From a virus, in the IMG/VR virus record IMGVR_UViG_3300022664_000309, positions 1,160 to 65,159 of that record: a DNA stretch of 64,000 bases, one strand, 5' to 3'. Below, in pieces: positions 25,880-36,218 of this stretch. Under the pieces are notes generated by a model. It had not been told where the DNA came from and did not search any database. It saw nothing but the letters and a program-made list of their open reading frames with translations. Position 1 is the stretch's first letter; each line of letters starts with the position of its first letter. The translations under genes were made by a program, and so were the position numbers.

Positions 25880-26154
25880 TCCCTATGGAGTTGTGCGTGT
25901 AGTTTCAATATGGTTTTTACTATGCCATTTTCTTTATTTAATACATAGTATCTGAAGTTCTTCTCCGAATCGATTGCCTTGACTATGTTTAGTTCCTCAA
26001 GCATCTTCCATGCCTTGTAAAAGCTTGGTCTGCCCATGCCCATCGCTGCAATCATTTCACTCTTGCTGAAATGCCTCGGGGCATTGCAGATCATAAAGTC
26101 CAAGATTCGAACTACGTGTTTATTACCAAATACTGATACAAACATGTATCTCAC
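25876..26154 (-). CDS. Winged-helix regulator
   Basis: VFG...VRILDF...FSKSEMI..MGRPSFY. Confidence 0.75.
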   Translation of the reverse strand: MRYMFVSVFGNKHVVRILDFMICNAPRHFSKSEMIAAMGMGRPSFYKAWKMLEELNIVKAIDSEKNFRYYVLNKENGIVKTILKLHAQLHRE

Positions 26155-26223
26155 CCGACATATGGATGTGTCATATGTTATATATATCTTGCGGTAAGTT
26201 GTCGAAAAAAGAATATATGGTGC

Positions 26224-27732
26224 CTATTCTACTATGATGGTGGCACCTTTTTGCATCGCGGTCTTGAGCCCGGAGCAAGTACAGTTTTTCACGATTATGG
26301 TGCTTTGAACAGGAGCTGGGTCGGTTGTGCAGAAACATCCACCAGGAGCATCTATCCGGCAGTTCGTGACCTCAACCTTAGCACGGCCTATCGCGTGGAC
26401 GCCGAAATAGCCTTCCAGTCGGCTATCGATGATCTTGACGTCTGACCCTTCAATGATGTAGGTCGCCCCGCCAGTAGAATCTGCTCGATCCTTGCTGCTA
26501 ACCAGAACAGAGTTCTCGACCGTTCCGGTTCCGTCGCGAATCATCAGGCCATACGATCCGATGGTATTTGTGCAGTCCATGTCAATTTCACTGAGTTTAA
26601 AATCATTGACCTGCCAGACCGTGACCTGACTATCGGTCTTGAATCGGGATGCGCTCACGTCGTCCGGGGTCCGGCTTTTCCAATCATCGTTGCCGTAGAG
26701 GACGACACCTTCGCGACACTGCCAGCCTTCGCAATCAATCACTCTGCTATGGTGGCAGGTATCGAGGATGATCCCTTCTGCACCGCAGTTCCGAGCCACG
26801 ACATGGGAGACCGTCTCATTGGTCCCGCTGTTGCCTGCGCCATTGTTACCCAGATAGATGCCCGACCCCCAGGAATTCTCCAGATGAAGATTGTAATAAT
26901 AACCATCCGTCCTCTCAGACCCTACCAGGATCAGGCCTTCGCCGTCATGAGGTTGACCATCTGTCTGACTGCCTCTATTGCCGTCCAAAGTCAGATCGGC
27001 GACAGAGAACTCGTCATATCCAGGATCAAATCCCCTGGTGCCCCGGATGAGGACCATGGCCACATGCCTTGCAGGGCTGCGTTGGCCTGGAAGTAGCTGG
27101 ATGATGGTCTCATCCACCCCATCGCCGCTGATATGCATGTCCTTGTCGAGAACCTGAATAGCATTATAGAAGATATTTGTGCCATCCGGATTCAGTGCAA
27201 ACTCATAAGGTGCAGATACGCTATACTTGCCGGAGCCAATATGCAGGCTACCACCGTCCGGCACGGCATCTACAGCAATCTTGAACAGACCGGACACATC
27301 CGATGATATTGGAGCCGTTGCTAGTTCTTTGCCATCTGCGGTTTCGGCTATGATGTTTTGGCCTTGCTGATAGACAATGACATCGGCAGAATACTGGATA
27401 TCTTCAGATGATTCGACCAACTCATCGGCAGCTGGTGTGAATATTTCGCTATCATTTTCAATTAAAACATCCGTTCCAGCAACTGGCTCATTTTCGGTTT
27501 CTATGATGTCATCTTCACTTATATTTTCAAGTTGGAATGCATTCGGATCAAGCTCAAGCTCGACAAACTTTGGTTCTGGAAACACAAAGTCACGCGATAT
27601 ATTGATCGACTGAAGCTCCGGCATTGATATGGGTGGAGTCACGGGACCTGCAAATTGGTAGGGAGCTGGATATGTACCGGCCACGCTAGACACAAACAGC
27701 AATAGGAATATAAACCCCAATATCTTTTTCAT
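26224..27732 (-). CDS. Secreted right-handed beta-helix (pectin-lyase-like) protein
   Basis: Signal peptide; ISGDG...LTLDGNR...GIYLGNNG. Confidence 0.8.
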   Translation of the reverse strand: MKKILGFIFLLLFVSSVAGTYPAPYQFAGPVTPPISMPELQSINISRDFVFPEPKFVELELDPNAFQLENISEDDIIETENEPVAGTDVLIENDSEIFTPAADELVESSEDIQYSADVIVYQQGQNIIAETADGKELATAPISSDVSGLFKIAVDAVPDGGSLHIGSGKYSVSAPYEFALNPDGTNIFYNAIQVLDKDMHISGDGVDETIIQLLPGQRSPARHVAMVLIRGTRGFDPGYDEFSVADLTLDGNRGSQTDGQPHDGEGLILVGSERTDGYYYNLHLENSWGSGIYLGNNGAGNSGTNETVSHVVARNCGAEGIILDTCHHSRVIDCEGWQCREGVVLYGNDDWKSRTPDDVSASRFKTDSQVTVWQVNDFKLSEIDMDCTNTIGSYGLMIRDGTGTVENSVLVSSKDRADSTGGATYIIEGSDVKIIDSRLEGYFGVHAIGRAKVEVTNCRIDAPGGCFCTTDPAPVQSTIIVKNCTCSGLKTAMQKGATIIVE

Positions 27733-30296
27733 GTTGTGCACACCTGTTGGATGTGATGTCTTTTTTCTATTTCAAACTTTGTTAGGGATTGCTGTCTAGA
27801 TGGTTGCAGCAGATCTAGCTCATTTATTCCGAAGCTCTCGAATATCCTCAGCAACGGCGGTATTAACTGCTTCTGAAGATAATAGTTCGTATCAATTTTC
27901 AGGTTGTTTTCGATAGCATAGTCCGGATCTTCGGCTCGACTGGTCATCAATTCTGAACGGTGTCCTGATCGCCGCTGGCTGGCAACTATGATAAATGGAA
28001 CCCGGTCGCCGATTGCATATTTGAAAACACCACGCTGTTCCAGTTTTTTAACCAGCTCTGCATGAGGCTGTTGCTGAGCATAATTTTCCGGATTTCTGGT
28101 CAGGGTCCTTGACATCACCAAGTCATTGAAGATATCGGGGGTAGGGTTCTTGAGAACTGCAATAGCGTTCCTGGCCTGAGCCAGAGCTGCATCAACATCT
28201 CCGTCAATCAGAATAGTTTCCAGGCATTTCGTAAGCGCCTTTGAAGTGAAATTGCACCAATCTCGCCGAACCGTCTCTATTCCCTTTGCTTTTATTTCGC
28301 CTTTTCCTTCTGACTCGAATCTATACATCGCGTAATGTTTCTTTGCCAAAATGAGTATTCTTTTGGCAAATGCTTCGAAAACTAGTTCCATTGGCTTTGG
28401 TAGGTCTGCTGTAACGATGGATGCGATCTTTTTTCCTATTTGTTTAGCTTTATAAAAGTCAATATTTCCAGTTATAGATATAAAAATGCTGTCGGTGTCG
28501 CCTGCTATCGTTTTTAGTTCAAATGGTTCATTATCCAGTGTAAAAAGCCCGTGTTTTTCAACTATTTTTCGAGTTCTGAGTAGATTTTCTCTTCCATAGC
28601 TGGTCACTGAGTTGGCAATTACTGGGCTATACAATCTGGCCCGAGCATAACCTGAATAACCATAGAAGCTGTTCAGCAATATCTTCATAGCATATTGCTT
28701 GGCATCTAGTTGTCGCTTTTCTTCTTCGGATATCCCAGGGACCTTCATTGCTTTTTTGGCTTTTATGCGTTCGTCCAGCAACTTTTCTAATACCCTTGGT
28801 ACTATGCCCAGCCTGATTTCCGGGGGTACAAATCGTCCGCCGCTGGGAGATATCGTGATGTTGCAGTCTGGACATTCGTCTCTGATTTCGGTCGTGTAGC
28901 ATAGGTTTCTGGCGATCATGGTTGTTGGGTATAGTGATTTGAAATCGAGTATAACCACATTCTCGGTTAGGCCGATTTCTGGATCGAGAACAATTGCACC
29001 TTCAACCTGGGCTATATCATCATCTTCCAGAGCCATTTTAGTGCCCATTACATAGCCCTCTGCATTGTATTCCCGAAGGAGCTTGGCCTCGATCATACTG
29101 CTTTGGCCGCCATTAACTACGACTTGCAGGAATGCCCCGCTTGCCTTGGCCAGAGCGATGTACTTTTCAAGGACTCCTGTTTTTTTGATCAGCTCCAAGA
29201 CCAGCAATGCGTCACGTCTTGAATATGAGATGAATTTGTTGATTCCTGGTCCGGACCACAATTCTCGCATTTCACCCGGTTTAACATCCAGCTTCTCGAT
29301 ATCTAAAATTTCTTTGGCCACGTTTGCCAGACGATAACTCTTCAATCGGTATTTATCCAATGCTTTAACTGCTGGAAGCATGTCAAGTGAAATTCGTCCG
29401 TTCAGTGAGACGGTGCTCTTGCCCATATAACTCTTGCACCACGCAGATCTCCCATCCCTGGACATTGAGAGGGAAACTCCCAGCCTTTTGGCCCTATCGG
29501 TTATATACGGGATATCAAACCCGTTTGAGTTGTATCCTCCTATCACGGTTGGATCATACTCATCCAGGATGAATCCCAGCTTGTGAAGCATGTCATCTTC
29601 CCCCTCGGATGGAATCACGTCTTTTCGGGTGCATTTGATGTTTTTGGCCACCATGACAACGTTTTCTTGCCCTCTCCACGGTGGATCAAAGGCCAGACTG
29701 ATCAAAACTATCGGATCTTCATCTGAGGTTGGCAGTCCACCGTTCTCTTTTGGTATAGCCTCGATATCAATGGCCATTATCCTCAATGGTGCATTGGTTC
29801 GATCTCCCTGGGGAATAATATCCATATGATGGATGTATTGTTTTTTCGGAACTATACACCAACTCATACCCGACAACTCATGATCCACCATGAAGCGATC
29901 CTTGAAAAAAATGTCACTTTCATGGGTAGTGTAGTGGCTTTGCTCGCAAAATTCCCGGAGGATTTTCACATCTTTCGGATTGCGGGTCGTTACCTTTATC
30001 ATTTTTCGTGGTCTGGATTGATATCCCAGGGGGCCGAAACGATCTACAACATCGGTTTTTATCATGATCCCGATAGAATCGGCGATGCCCGTTAATAGCT
30101 GGTCTATTCCCTCAACGTTGTCCGAATCTATGTAGAAGTAGGGAAGAAACCCCGTGACATACTTTGTGACAGGATCTCCTTCTTTTGTCAGGCCGAAAAG
30201 AGTTATGACGGGGAGCCCATCCGCATCATAACCATATGTTGCATCAATTATTTGGAGTTCCGTTCGTATAGCCCCCTGAAACCGACATCTTGGCAT
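27729..30296 (-). CDS. polB: Family B DNA polymerase
   Basis: DIE, GYNSNGFDIPY, YSRRDA, DFKSLYP, KILLNSFYG, GDTDS, KGIETVRRD; C-terminal PIP-like QQSLTKF. Confidence 0.95.
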   Translation of the reverse strand: MPRCRFQGAIRTELQIIDATYGYDADGLPVITLFGLTKEGDPVTKYVTGFLPYFYIDSDNVEGIDQLLTGIADSIGIMIKTDVVDRFGPLGYQSRPRKMIKVTTRNPKDVKILREFCEQSHYTTHESDIFFKDRFMVDHELSGMSWCIVPKKQYIHHMDIIPQGDRTNAPLRIMAIDIEAIPKENGGLPTSDEDPIVLISLAFDPPWRGQENVVMVAKNIKCTRKDVIPSEGEDDMLHKLGFILDEYDPTVIGGYNSNGFDIPYITDRAKRLGVSLSMSRDGRSAWCKSYMGKSTVSLNGRISLDMLPAVKALDKYRLKSYRLANVAKEILDIEKLDVKPGEMRELWSGPGINKFISYSRRDALLVLELIKKTGVLEKYIALAKASGAFLQVVVNGGQSSMIEAKLLREYNAEGYVMGTKMALEDDDIAQVEGAIVLDPEIGLTENVVILDFKSLYPTTMIARNLCYTTEIRDECPDCNITISPSGGRFVPPEIRLGIVPRVLEKLLDERIKAKKAMKVPGISEEEKRQLDAKQYAMKILLNSFYGYSGYARARLYSPVIANSVTSYGRENLLRTRKIVEKHGLFTLDNEPFELKTIAGDTDSIFISITGNIDFYKAKQIGKKIASIVTADLPKPMELVFEAFAKRILILAKKHYAMYRFESEGKGEIKAKGIETVRRDWCNFTSKALTKCLETILIDGDVDAALAQARNAIAVLKNPTPDIFNDLVMSRTLTRNPENYAQQQPHAELVKKLEQRGVFKYAIGDRVPFIIVASQRRSGHRSELMTSRAEDPDYAIENNLKIDTNYYLQKQLIPPLLRIFESFGINELDLLQPSRQQSLTKFEIEKRHHIQQVCTT

Positions 30297-30311
30297 CGGT
30301 TATAATTCGCG

Positions 30312-30569
30312 TCATTCGAAATCCTCTGGGTTGAGTTCATCTGATTCTTTGGCGGATGCTTTTGACAGGCTCGTATAATCTATATTTCCTTGAAACAGAT
30401 ACTGATGAACATTCAGTTCATCGAGTTCCCAGTTGTTTTCTGTATCGATTCTCCCAAATACTTCTGATTCGAGAGCTTGTCTGATCGCGTCTTTTTCATC
30501 TTCTGCCAGAAAATAGTTCGAAACTATTCCTGCAATTGGCAGACGAACAAAATATACTTTTTTTGGCAT
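30312..30569 (-). CDS. Small acidic phage protein (AEDEKDA motif)
   Basis: Similar motif to 31006..31170. Confidence 0.65.
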   Translation of the reverse strand: MPKKVYFVRLPIAGIVSNYFLAEDEKDAIRQALESEVFGRIDTENNWELDELNVHQYLFQGNIDYTSLSKASAKESDELNPEDFE

Positions 30570-30728
30570 TTATTCTACCCCGTTGTCCGATTTTTTGATT
30601 ATCTCTTGTAATGTCGCTATGTCGTCCATGATTATATCAGCTGTTTTGCTGCTATCTGCATCATCTGCCAGTTGTCTGAGTACGAATATTACTCTCTGGA
30701 GTGTGTTTTTTTCTCGGTTGGTTAACAT
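30570..30728 (-). CDS. 52-aa hypothetical protein
   Basis: Fills the gap with coupled start/stop; GGAGG RBS. Confidence 0.5.
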   Translation of the reverse strand: MLTNREKNTLQRVIFVLRQLADDADSSKTADIIMDDIATLQEIIKKSDNGVE

Positions 30729-31009
30729 GTTGCAGCCTCCAGTGCAATTTTATTTGCATCGTATTGAGGATCGAAAGCGAATTGAATGGTGAGTATCCAC
30801 TGTCTCTTTCCGACTTTTTCAATGATATTGGCTTTGGCCAAGATCTTTAGTAGACGCAATACCGGTTTCGGTTCGAGATTTTGCGTCATTACCAGGTCTC
30901 TGATAGTGATGGGAGATTGCTGTAACATGTATTTTATGATCCCATCTAGAGCACGAGCGTCTTCTGTGATCTGTCTCTTGCTCATTCCTTGTCTCAGACG
31001 CGGAGTCAT
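30722..31009 (-). CDS. wHTH-like protein
   Basis: PITIRDLV...VLRLLKILAKANIIEKVG. Confidence 0.65.
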   Translation of the reverse strand: MTPRLRQGMSKRQITEDARALDGIIKYMLQQSPITIRDLVMTQNLEPKPVLRLLKILAKANIIEKVGKRQWILTIQFAFDPQYDANKIALEAATC

Positions 31010-31170
31010 TGTGGTGTTATCTCGCATATGCCAAGGGGTTCATAATCGATTTCGCCTTCACCATCGTTAACTGCTTCTATTGCTACTTCTTCGGCATCTG
31101 CTTCGTTGTCTGCTTCTACCATTACGCTGGCGGTGCCGACTATATCCACCAAAACATTATATTTTGTCAA
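31006..31170 (-). CDS. 54-aa acidic protein (VEADNEADA motif)
   Basis: GGGTGAT RBS, TTG start, ATGA overlap. Confidence 0.55.
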   Translation of the reverse strand: MTKYNVLVDIVGTASVMVEADNEADAEEVAIEAVNDGEGEIDYEPLGICEITPQ

Positions 31171-31175
31171 TTATA

Positions 31176-31373
31176 TCACCCACACATAGATTTAAACCGG
31201 TTTTCTACTTTTCTTACTATTCGCCCAATGGTTGTTGGCGATACATCGAAATCCTTGGCAATTGATGACAGGAGTTCGGTTTTTGCTCGCCTGGCGATTT
31301 TGGAATAATATTTTTCTGGTATTGGATGAGAGCCTACACGTCTTCCTCTTTTTCGGGTTTTGGGTGATTTCAT
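31176..31373 (-). CDS. Small HTH protein
   Basis: SIAKDFDVSPTTIGRIV. Confidence 0.7.
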   Translation of the reverse strand: MKSPKTRKRGRRVGSHPIPEKYYSKIARRAKTELLSSIAKDFDVSPTTIGRIVRKVENRFKSMCG

Positions 31374-31588
31374 ACGATGTCCTCCGGCATATCATTTCGT
31401 TTATACATTATTCTTAGCAAATCGTGCATATCTCGTCTCGTTTTCACCGATCTCAACCGCATTGCTGCTTCGTATCCCATGTTGAATCCCGTCACCCAAT
31501 CTCGCTTGTTTTTGATATGTTTTCCACAACTTCTACTAGCGAATCGTCTCGATGTGCATTTTATTTCATCTTTCGAAACCATGCTCAT
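31370..31588 (-). CDS. Hypothetical protein
   Basis: Overlapping ORF in operon. Confidence 0.5.
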   Translation of the reverse strand: MSMVSKDEIKCTSRRFASRSCGKHIKNKRDWVTGFNMGYEAAMRLRSVKTRRDMHDLLRIMYKRNDMPEDIV

Positions 31589-31964
31589 CACTAGCCTCTT
31601 CCAACATCGTTTGAAGTGTTGCAATATGTTTCTTTGTTTCTACGATACCATTTTTTGCGTTGCTCCATTCCAAGAACCGTAGTCCTTGGTCTATTGCTGT
31701 AACTCTGTCCTCCGTGATCTGCCAGCACGGGGGCCTGGCATCCGGCCCGATCTTGCTCTCGGACTGCTCTAAATCAGCCTCCAACTCCGCGATACGGGCA
31801 GCTTGCTCTTTCTTTACCTGCTGAGTTTTCCAGATCATCCCTTTCTGCTCGGATATTTCGGCCCGCAGCCGCTCGATTTCGGCGATGGCGAGAGGAAACA
31901 TAGTGATCGCCATGCGATCGTCGAATTTCGCGGCATCCCGCGCCTTCTCCAAATCGAAGGTCAT
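31566..31964 (-). CDS. Coiled-coil hypothetical protein
   Basis: AEIERLRAE...ARIAELEA. Confidence 0.65.
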   Translation of the reverse strand: MTFDLEKARDAAKFDDRMAITMFPLAIAEIERLRAEISEQKGMIWKTQQVKKEQAARIAELEADLEQSESKIGPDARPPCWQITEDRVTAIDQGLRFLEWSNAKNGIVETKKHIATLQTMLEEASDEHGFER

Positions 31965-32293
31965 GGAGATTCCTCCACTGAGGAAATCCGTCTGACTGAT
32001 GCCAATGGTATCCATTCTTGTTTCCCGCTGCTATGCATTATCCATAGAGTCGCATAGCCGCAATGCCACGCGGTTATATCCGAAAATCTTTTCATGTAGT
32101 CATCGTGCCATCGGACTTCCAGATCGAAGCCTATCATTTTAGTGGGATCAATAACATGTTTGCTGCTATTGATCATTGCCCGGATGGTTCGGATGCTATT
32201 GGCTAAATTTGAGTCTCGATCGTCGTTTGGATCATCGACCAGGTATTCCAACGCAAAATCAAGAGCTTCCCGCTGCTCTTCGGTCAGGGTCAT
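31961..32293 (-). CDS. Hypothetical protein
   Basis: MTLTEEQREAL start; coupled to a 40-aa Cys peptide at 32290..32412. Confidence 0.65.
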   Translation of the reverse strand: MTLTEEQREALDFALEYLVDDPNDDRDSNLANSIRTIRAMINSSKHVIDPTKMIGFDLEVRWHDDYMKRFSDITAWHCGYATLWIMHSSGKQEWIPLASVRRISSVEESP

Positions 32294-32408
32294 GACCGGC
32301 CCACCTCTCCCTCATCTACGCAATCGTCGTTCGGGTCGACTTCTTCTTCCAACCTCTCGCAGTAATACCGATCACCACGAATCAATAACAATGGGCAATG
32401 CCCGCAAA

Positions 32409-32777
32409 TCATGATTTTGTCTCCTTTATTGTCATGTTTTTATTTACTTCAATTTTGAATACGATGAACTTCGAATATTTTGCGTTGTATTCTTGGATTT
32501 CATCCCACAGAGGGCTACTTTTTGGTATTGGAAATAGTTCTTCCAGGACATTTATTATTGGGATATATACTGTGGACACTATATGCACTTCTACGATTTT
32601 TCCCCAGATAGCTCCTTCTTTTGCGTATCCTCGCCGTAGCTCTACGTCTCTACCAACCCTCACCGTCCCTGGGTTGAAGAGGGGTCCCACTCCACGGATC
32701 TCCCACTTCTTTTTCCCATTGGCGAATAAATCATACCAATGCTTGTTTAATGGGACAAAAAGTCGATCTCGTTTCAT
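32409..32777 (-). CDS. ASCH/PUA-like domain protein
   Basis: WYDLFANGKKKWEIR (GxKxxExR). Confidence 0.75.
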   Translation of the reverse strand: MKRDRLFVPLNKHWYDLFANGKKKWEIRGVGPLFNPGTVRVGRDVELRRGYAKEGAIWGKIVEVHIVSTVYIPIINVLEELFPIPKSSPLWDEIQEYNAKYSKFIVFKIEVNKNMTIKETKS

Positions 32778-33085
32778 TGTCTCTTATCCCATCCCCTCTC
32801 TGCGAAATCCTGGAATCTTTCATAGGTATGCTGGATACCCAATTTCAGGATCTCCTCTGGCACCAATTCCATATCTAGGCACAACATATTAAGCTGGGTT
32901 AATGCATCTCCAAGCTCCAACTTGGCGTTTGCCATGTGCGCTTTTGCCTCGCCTGGAAATATCCTACATTGAAGCAACTCATAAGCTACCTGAGCGATCT
33001 CTTTGTTCAGGATTACTATGCGATCTATTGGAGATTTTTTGTCTTTTTCGAGCATGTGCAGAGTTCTGACGGTTCTCTCAAGCAT
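32774..33085 (-). CDS. MazG-like nucleotide pyrophosphohydrolase
   Basis: LNKEIAQV...KLELGDAL all-helical pattern. Confidence 0.55.
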   Translation of the reverse strand: MLERTVRTLHMLEKDKKSPIDRIVILNKEIAQVAYELLQCRIFPGEAKAHMANAKLELGDALTQLNMLCLDMELVPEEILKLGIQHTYERFQDFAERGWDKRQ

Positions 33086-33878
33086 GTGTGATTACCCCAA
33101 TTGCTGATATCATATCGCTCTTATAAATATGCAGAGAGTCATTTCTGTCAACGATTCTGGCAATTTCGCAATGATTGGGATCAATTATATCCCGATATAA
33201 TGTATTTATAATACCGACGAGATTTATTTGCCAGGCTCCAAAGAGGTCTCTTGACCTCCAGCTGAGGTTAACTGATACGCGGTCATCCTTTTCATAGCGA
33301 ATTCCCACTCTCTGTAAGCAAGGTGTTGCTGTTTTAGTCTGATCTATCCTGGGTATCCATGTGATCATCTGATTCCGGTTTGACTGAATTCCTGACTCAA
33401 TTTGCTCTCGGAGGCCCTGTCTCATATAGAGTATTTGATCATCTCTATCGAATCTATCGTAATAAATATAATCAAATCCTTCGGAGCCCTGGCTTCGGTA
33501 TTTTTCAAGATACTCGGGTGTGAATTCCTCCAAATACTGGTCTACCAGTTGAAACGGGAACTTGGGATGCAGATGCTCTCCCAGTATCTGTTCAACTGCA
33601 TGATTACCCAATACGATGGTCTGCATGGTATCCATTGCCTGTTTCGCGCCATCTTTACCCCCGAATGTGATTGGTTTGCCTCTTAGTATCACATTTGAGA
33701 GGGCCTGTTCCCAGGCTGCATTGAAATCGTCCGATGCAAATTGTATAACTGGCGGCAATATGGGCGAATATATGAAATCACCATGTGTTGCAGATAAAGA
33801 CCTGGTACATCTTTTCATGCACCATGCATCAACTGGACGCATGATACTGTTTCTAAGTCGTGTCAGCATTTTTATCAT
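33078..33878 (-). CDS. thyA: Archaeal-type thymidylate synthase family protein
   Basis: PCLQ, WRSRDLFGAWQIN, SLHIY. Confidence 0.85.
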   Translation of the reverse strand: MIKMLTRLRNSIMRPVDAWCMKRCTRSLSATHGDFIYSPILPPVIQFASDDFNAAWEQALSNVILRGKPITFGGKDGAKQAMDTMQTIVLGNHAVEQILGEHLHPKFPFQLVDQYLEEFTPEYLEKYRSQGSEGFDYIYYDRFDRDDQILYMRQGLREQIESGIQSNRNQMITWIPRIDQTKTATPCLQRVGIRYEKDDRVSVNLSWRSRDLFGAWQINLVGIINTLYRDIIDPNHCEIARIVDRNDSLHIYKSDMISAIGVITHA

Positions 33879-33947
33879 CCCTTATACTCTTCTCTATATT
33901 ATCTACTATATATGGGTTTTCGTTAATACTAAAAAAAAAATATGTAT

Positions 33948-34709
33948 TTATGAAATTCCCCAGATACCATCTACCTGAAACATCTTATGCGCGGACTTAC
34001 CAAATCGCCTGCCGTTTATCTTGAGATTTTCCAGAGGCCCCAAGTTGCCGCTGTCTAGGCAGACCTGCGCTTCCTGTAAGAACTCGGAGACAGAGCCATA
34101 CTGTTCCAATATAGCTTCTGCTCTTTCCCACCCGATTCCTGGTAGATTGCAGAGTACGTTTATAGCATGCATGTTTTTACGAGGCTTGCTACACAAGGTT
34201 ATAGGCGGGTCACTGATGACATCGTGGATCATATAGTTAATCAGCAACCGAAACGAATCGATTGGGTTTCGCGACAGAAAAACCGGCAACACTCCTAGAG
34301 ATTTGATATCGCCGAGAACAGCATATACCATGTTCTCATCTAGTGTCATTCGTTCTTCTGGTTTTTCTATTATGTTTCCCTCGTCAGTCTTGTAGTATGG
34401 AGGAATAGACTCGATCAGCTCCGACAGACTACCAAGTATGCTTAGATATCCGTAGTCACATTTTAGGGCTATATCCATGCATTGCCGACCTAGCCGACCC
34501 CTTGGTGGAAGGCTGCCCCAAAAATCGTCGAGTTCCTTAATCTCTGCTCCAACCTGTTTACCGGATTCTTCATCTACCAGCATAAGATCGAAGTCTAGGT
34601 TTGCTGGTTCTGGCTTATTTATTCTTTTCTTATAATAAGTCCAGGCTTCGTCCAAAAAGTCAGGCCGCTTACCTTGCTTTTCGTTGTTATCAAAAAAAAT
34701 AGAGTACAT
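33948..34709 (-). CDS. ERCC4/XPF-like nuclease with HhH
   Basis: DF..EIK..DDFWGS..GRLGRQ; LPGIGWERAEAIL..YGSV. Confidence 0.8.
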   Translation of the reverse strand: MYSIFFDNNEKQGKRPDFLDEAWTYYKKRINKPEPANLDFDLMLVDEESGKQVGAEIKELDDFWGSLPPRGRLGRQCMDIALKCDYGYLSILGSLSELIESIPPYYKTDEGNIIEKPEERMTLDENMVYAVLGDIKSLGVLPVFLSRNPIDSFRLLINYMIHDVISDPPITLCSKPRKNMHAINVLCNLPGIGWERAEAILEQYGSVSEFLQEAQVCLDSGNLGPLENLKINGRRFGKSAHKMFQVDGIWGIS

Positions 34710-34720
34710 CGACTATCCTA

Positions 34721-34957
34721 TTATTTTAGGTTTTCTATTATCTCATTACATTGCTTGCATATATTTCCTGCAACCTCCTCTATGGGACAGTAAACATCTG
34801 AATAGCTGTCTTTGCTGATCACGCCCATTAATTTAAGAGTGTCAAGACATTCTGTTACAATATCCATTGGTAGCATTACGTTATGCGCAATTTCATCAGC
34901 AGTCTTGCAGGACGTCAATGCCCCGTAAACTATTCGCAAATCTTCTAGGGTCGCCAT
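34721..34957 (-). CDS. wHTH protein with Cys-rich tail
   Basis: TADEIA..LP...LDTLKLMGVI; CP..CKQC. Confidence 0.65.
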   Translation of the reverse strand: MATLEDLRIVYGALTSCKTADEIAHNVMLPMDIVTECLDTLKLMGVISKDSYSDVYCPIEEVAGNICKQCNEIIENLK

Positions 34958-35021
34958 CGTATCACAATTTTAAAATAGGTTTCCGACTTGAAATACGTTT
35001 TGGTTGAACCGAAAAAGAAAA

Positions 35022-36218
35022 TTAGAGGCTATTTATAAGAGCCTCCCATGATATCTTATTTCCGAACTCTTGCGGCACTACGAATTTCGTAAACAGCGTC
35101 TTGGTTTCGCCTGGGGCTATTGTACTGGATTTTCGCGGGTCGCCAGTATACTGATATGTTTTCCTAGTATTGTTATCAGTAAGCACGACACCCATCCAGC
35201 CTTTCCAGGGTTTGTCTCCAACATTTTTCACGGTATATCCGAACCATGTTTCAGATCCATCCTTTTTCACCACATTGCAGACCGGGGATATGAGACTGAG
35301 TACTGCGGATGGTTTAGATACAGTTGAAGTGCATGCAGCAGGATATGAATTTGCAACGCCTCCTACATATTTTACGTCAACCTTTGAATCTATCGACTCG
35401 GCAGTTGGATTATAGCCTACTGTCTTCCCGGCCTGTATCATTTTGTCGTTTATGCTAGTAGTACTATTGGCTGGATAATATATATCTGCTATCAATCTGC
35501 CGTATGTATCTTTGCCTTTCACTGCCAGTTTGACCGTAGTCCCGGGCGGAATCTGCTCATAAAGCCATGATTTGGCAGCTCGTCCTGCCGGGAAACTCAT
35601 TTCAGACGACGACACTCCCTGCAATCTCACACTAACCGGTGTTATGTCACAGAGCTGGCCGGGAGCGCATTGCTGGATTACTTGAATAGTATCTCCATCG
35701 ATGATCTCCATCACGGAAGCCATCGTATCGTAACCAGTTATCTCAGTAACCTGCCCGAGATTTTCTATATATTTATTCAAGGAATCGTTTATAACTTCTC
35801 CATTCTTGTTCACGATATAATTATTTCCCATCGGTGTCAGGGTTATTTCTGAACCAATTGGCAAATGGAGCATCAACCATTCTTTGGCTTCTGCGTCTCT
35901 GCTGCGTGGAAACACCCCATAAAGTATGACTGTTTTCGGAGTTAAATCGCAGACCTGGCCGGGGACACATTCCATCAGTGCTTCTATTGCTGATCCGTCC
36001 TTAACTGCGGTTACTTTCGCGGTGATCTCGAAACCAATATCTGGTGGACTATATCTGGTTCCAAGTGACAGGAACATCCACACCACATCGTCAACCGTTA
36101 CGTCTTCTGTACCATTTAAGTCGGCAAGTATTGCATCTATCAATCCATCAGAGTCTATAATTCCGCCCGAAAAAAAATGGGTTGATAAGTAGCCCTTCCT
36201 GGCTTCGGTGATAGGCAT
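35022..36218 (-). CDS. Tandem thermonuclease (SNase) domains + Ig-like domain
   Basis: IIDGDTI..VRLQGV..DTYGRLIA; degenerate first copy VKDGSAI; YTVKNVG...IAPGET. Confidence 0.8.
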   Translation of the reverse strand: MPITEARKGYLSTHFFSGGIIDSDGLIDAILADLNGTEDVTVDDVVWMFLSLGTRYSPPDIGFEITAKVTAVKDGSAIEALMECVPGQVCDLTPKTVILYGVFPRSRDAEAKEWLMLHLPIGSEITLTPMGNNYIVNKNGEVINDSLNKYIENLGQVTEITGYDTMASVMEIIDGDTIQVIQQCAPGQLCDITPVSVRLQGVSSSEMSFPAGRAAKSWLYEQIPPGTTVKLAVKGKDTYGRLIADIYYPANSTTSINDKMIQAGKTVGYNPTAESIDSKVDVKYVGGVANSYPAACTSTVSKPSAVLSLISPVCNVVKKDGSETWFGYTVKNVGDKPWKGWMGVVLTDNNTRKTYQYTGDPRKSSTIAPGETKTLFTKFVVPQEFGNKISWEALINSL

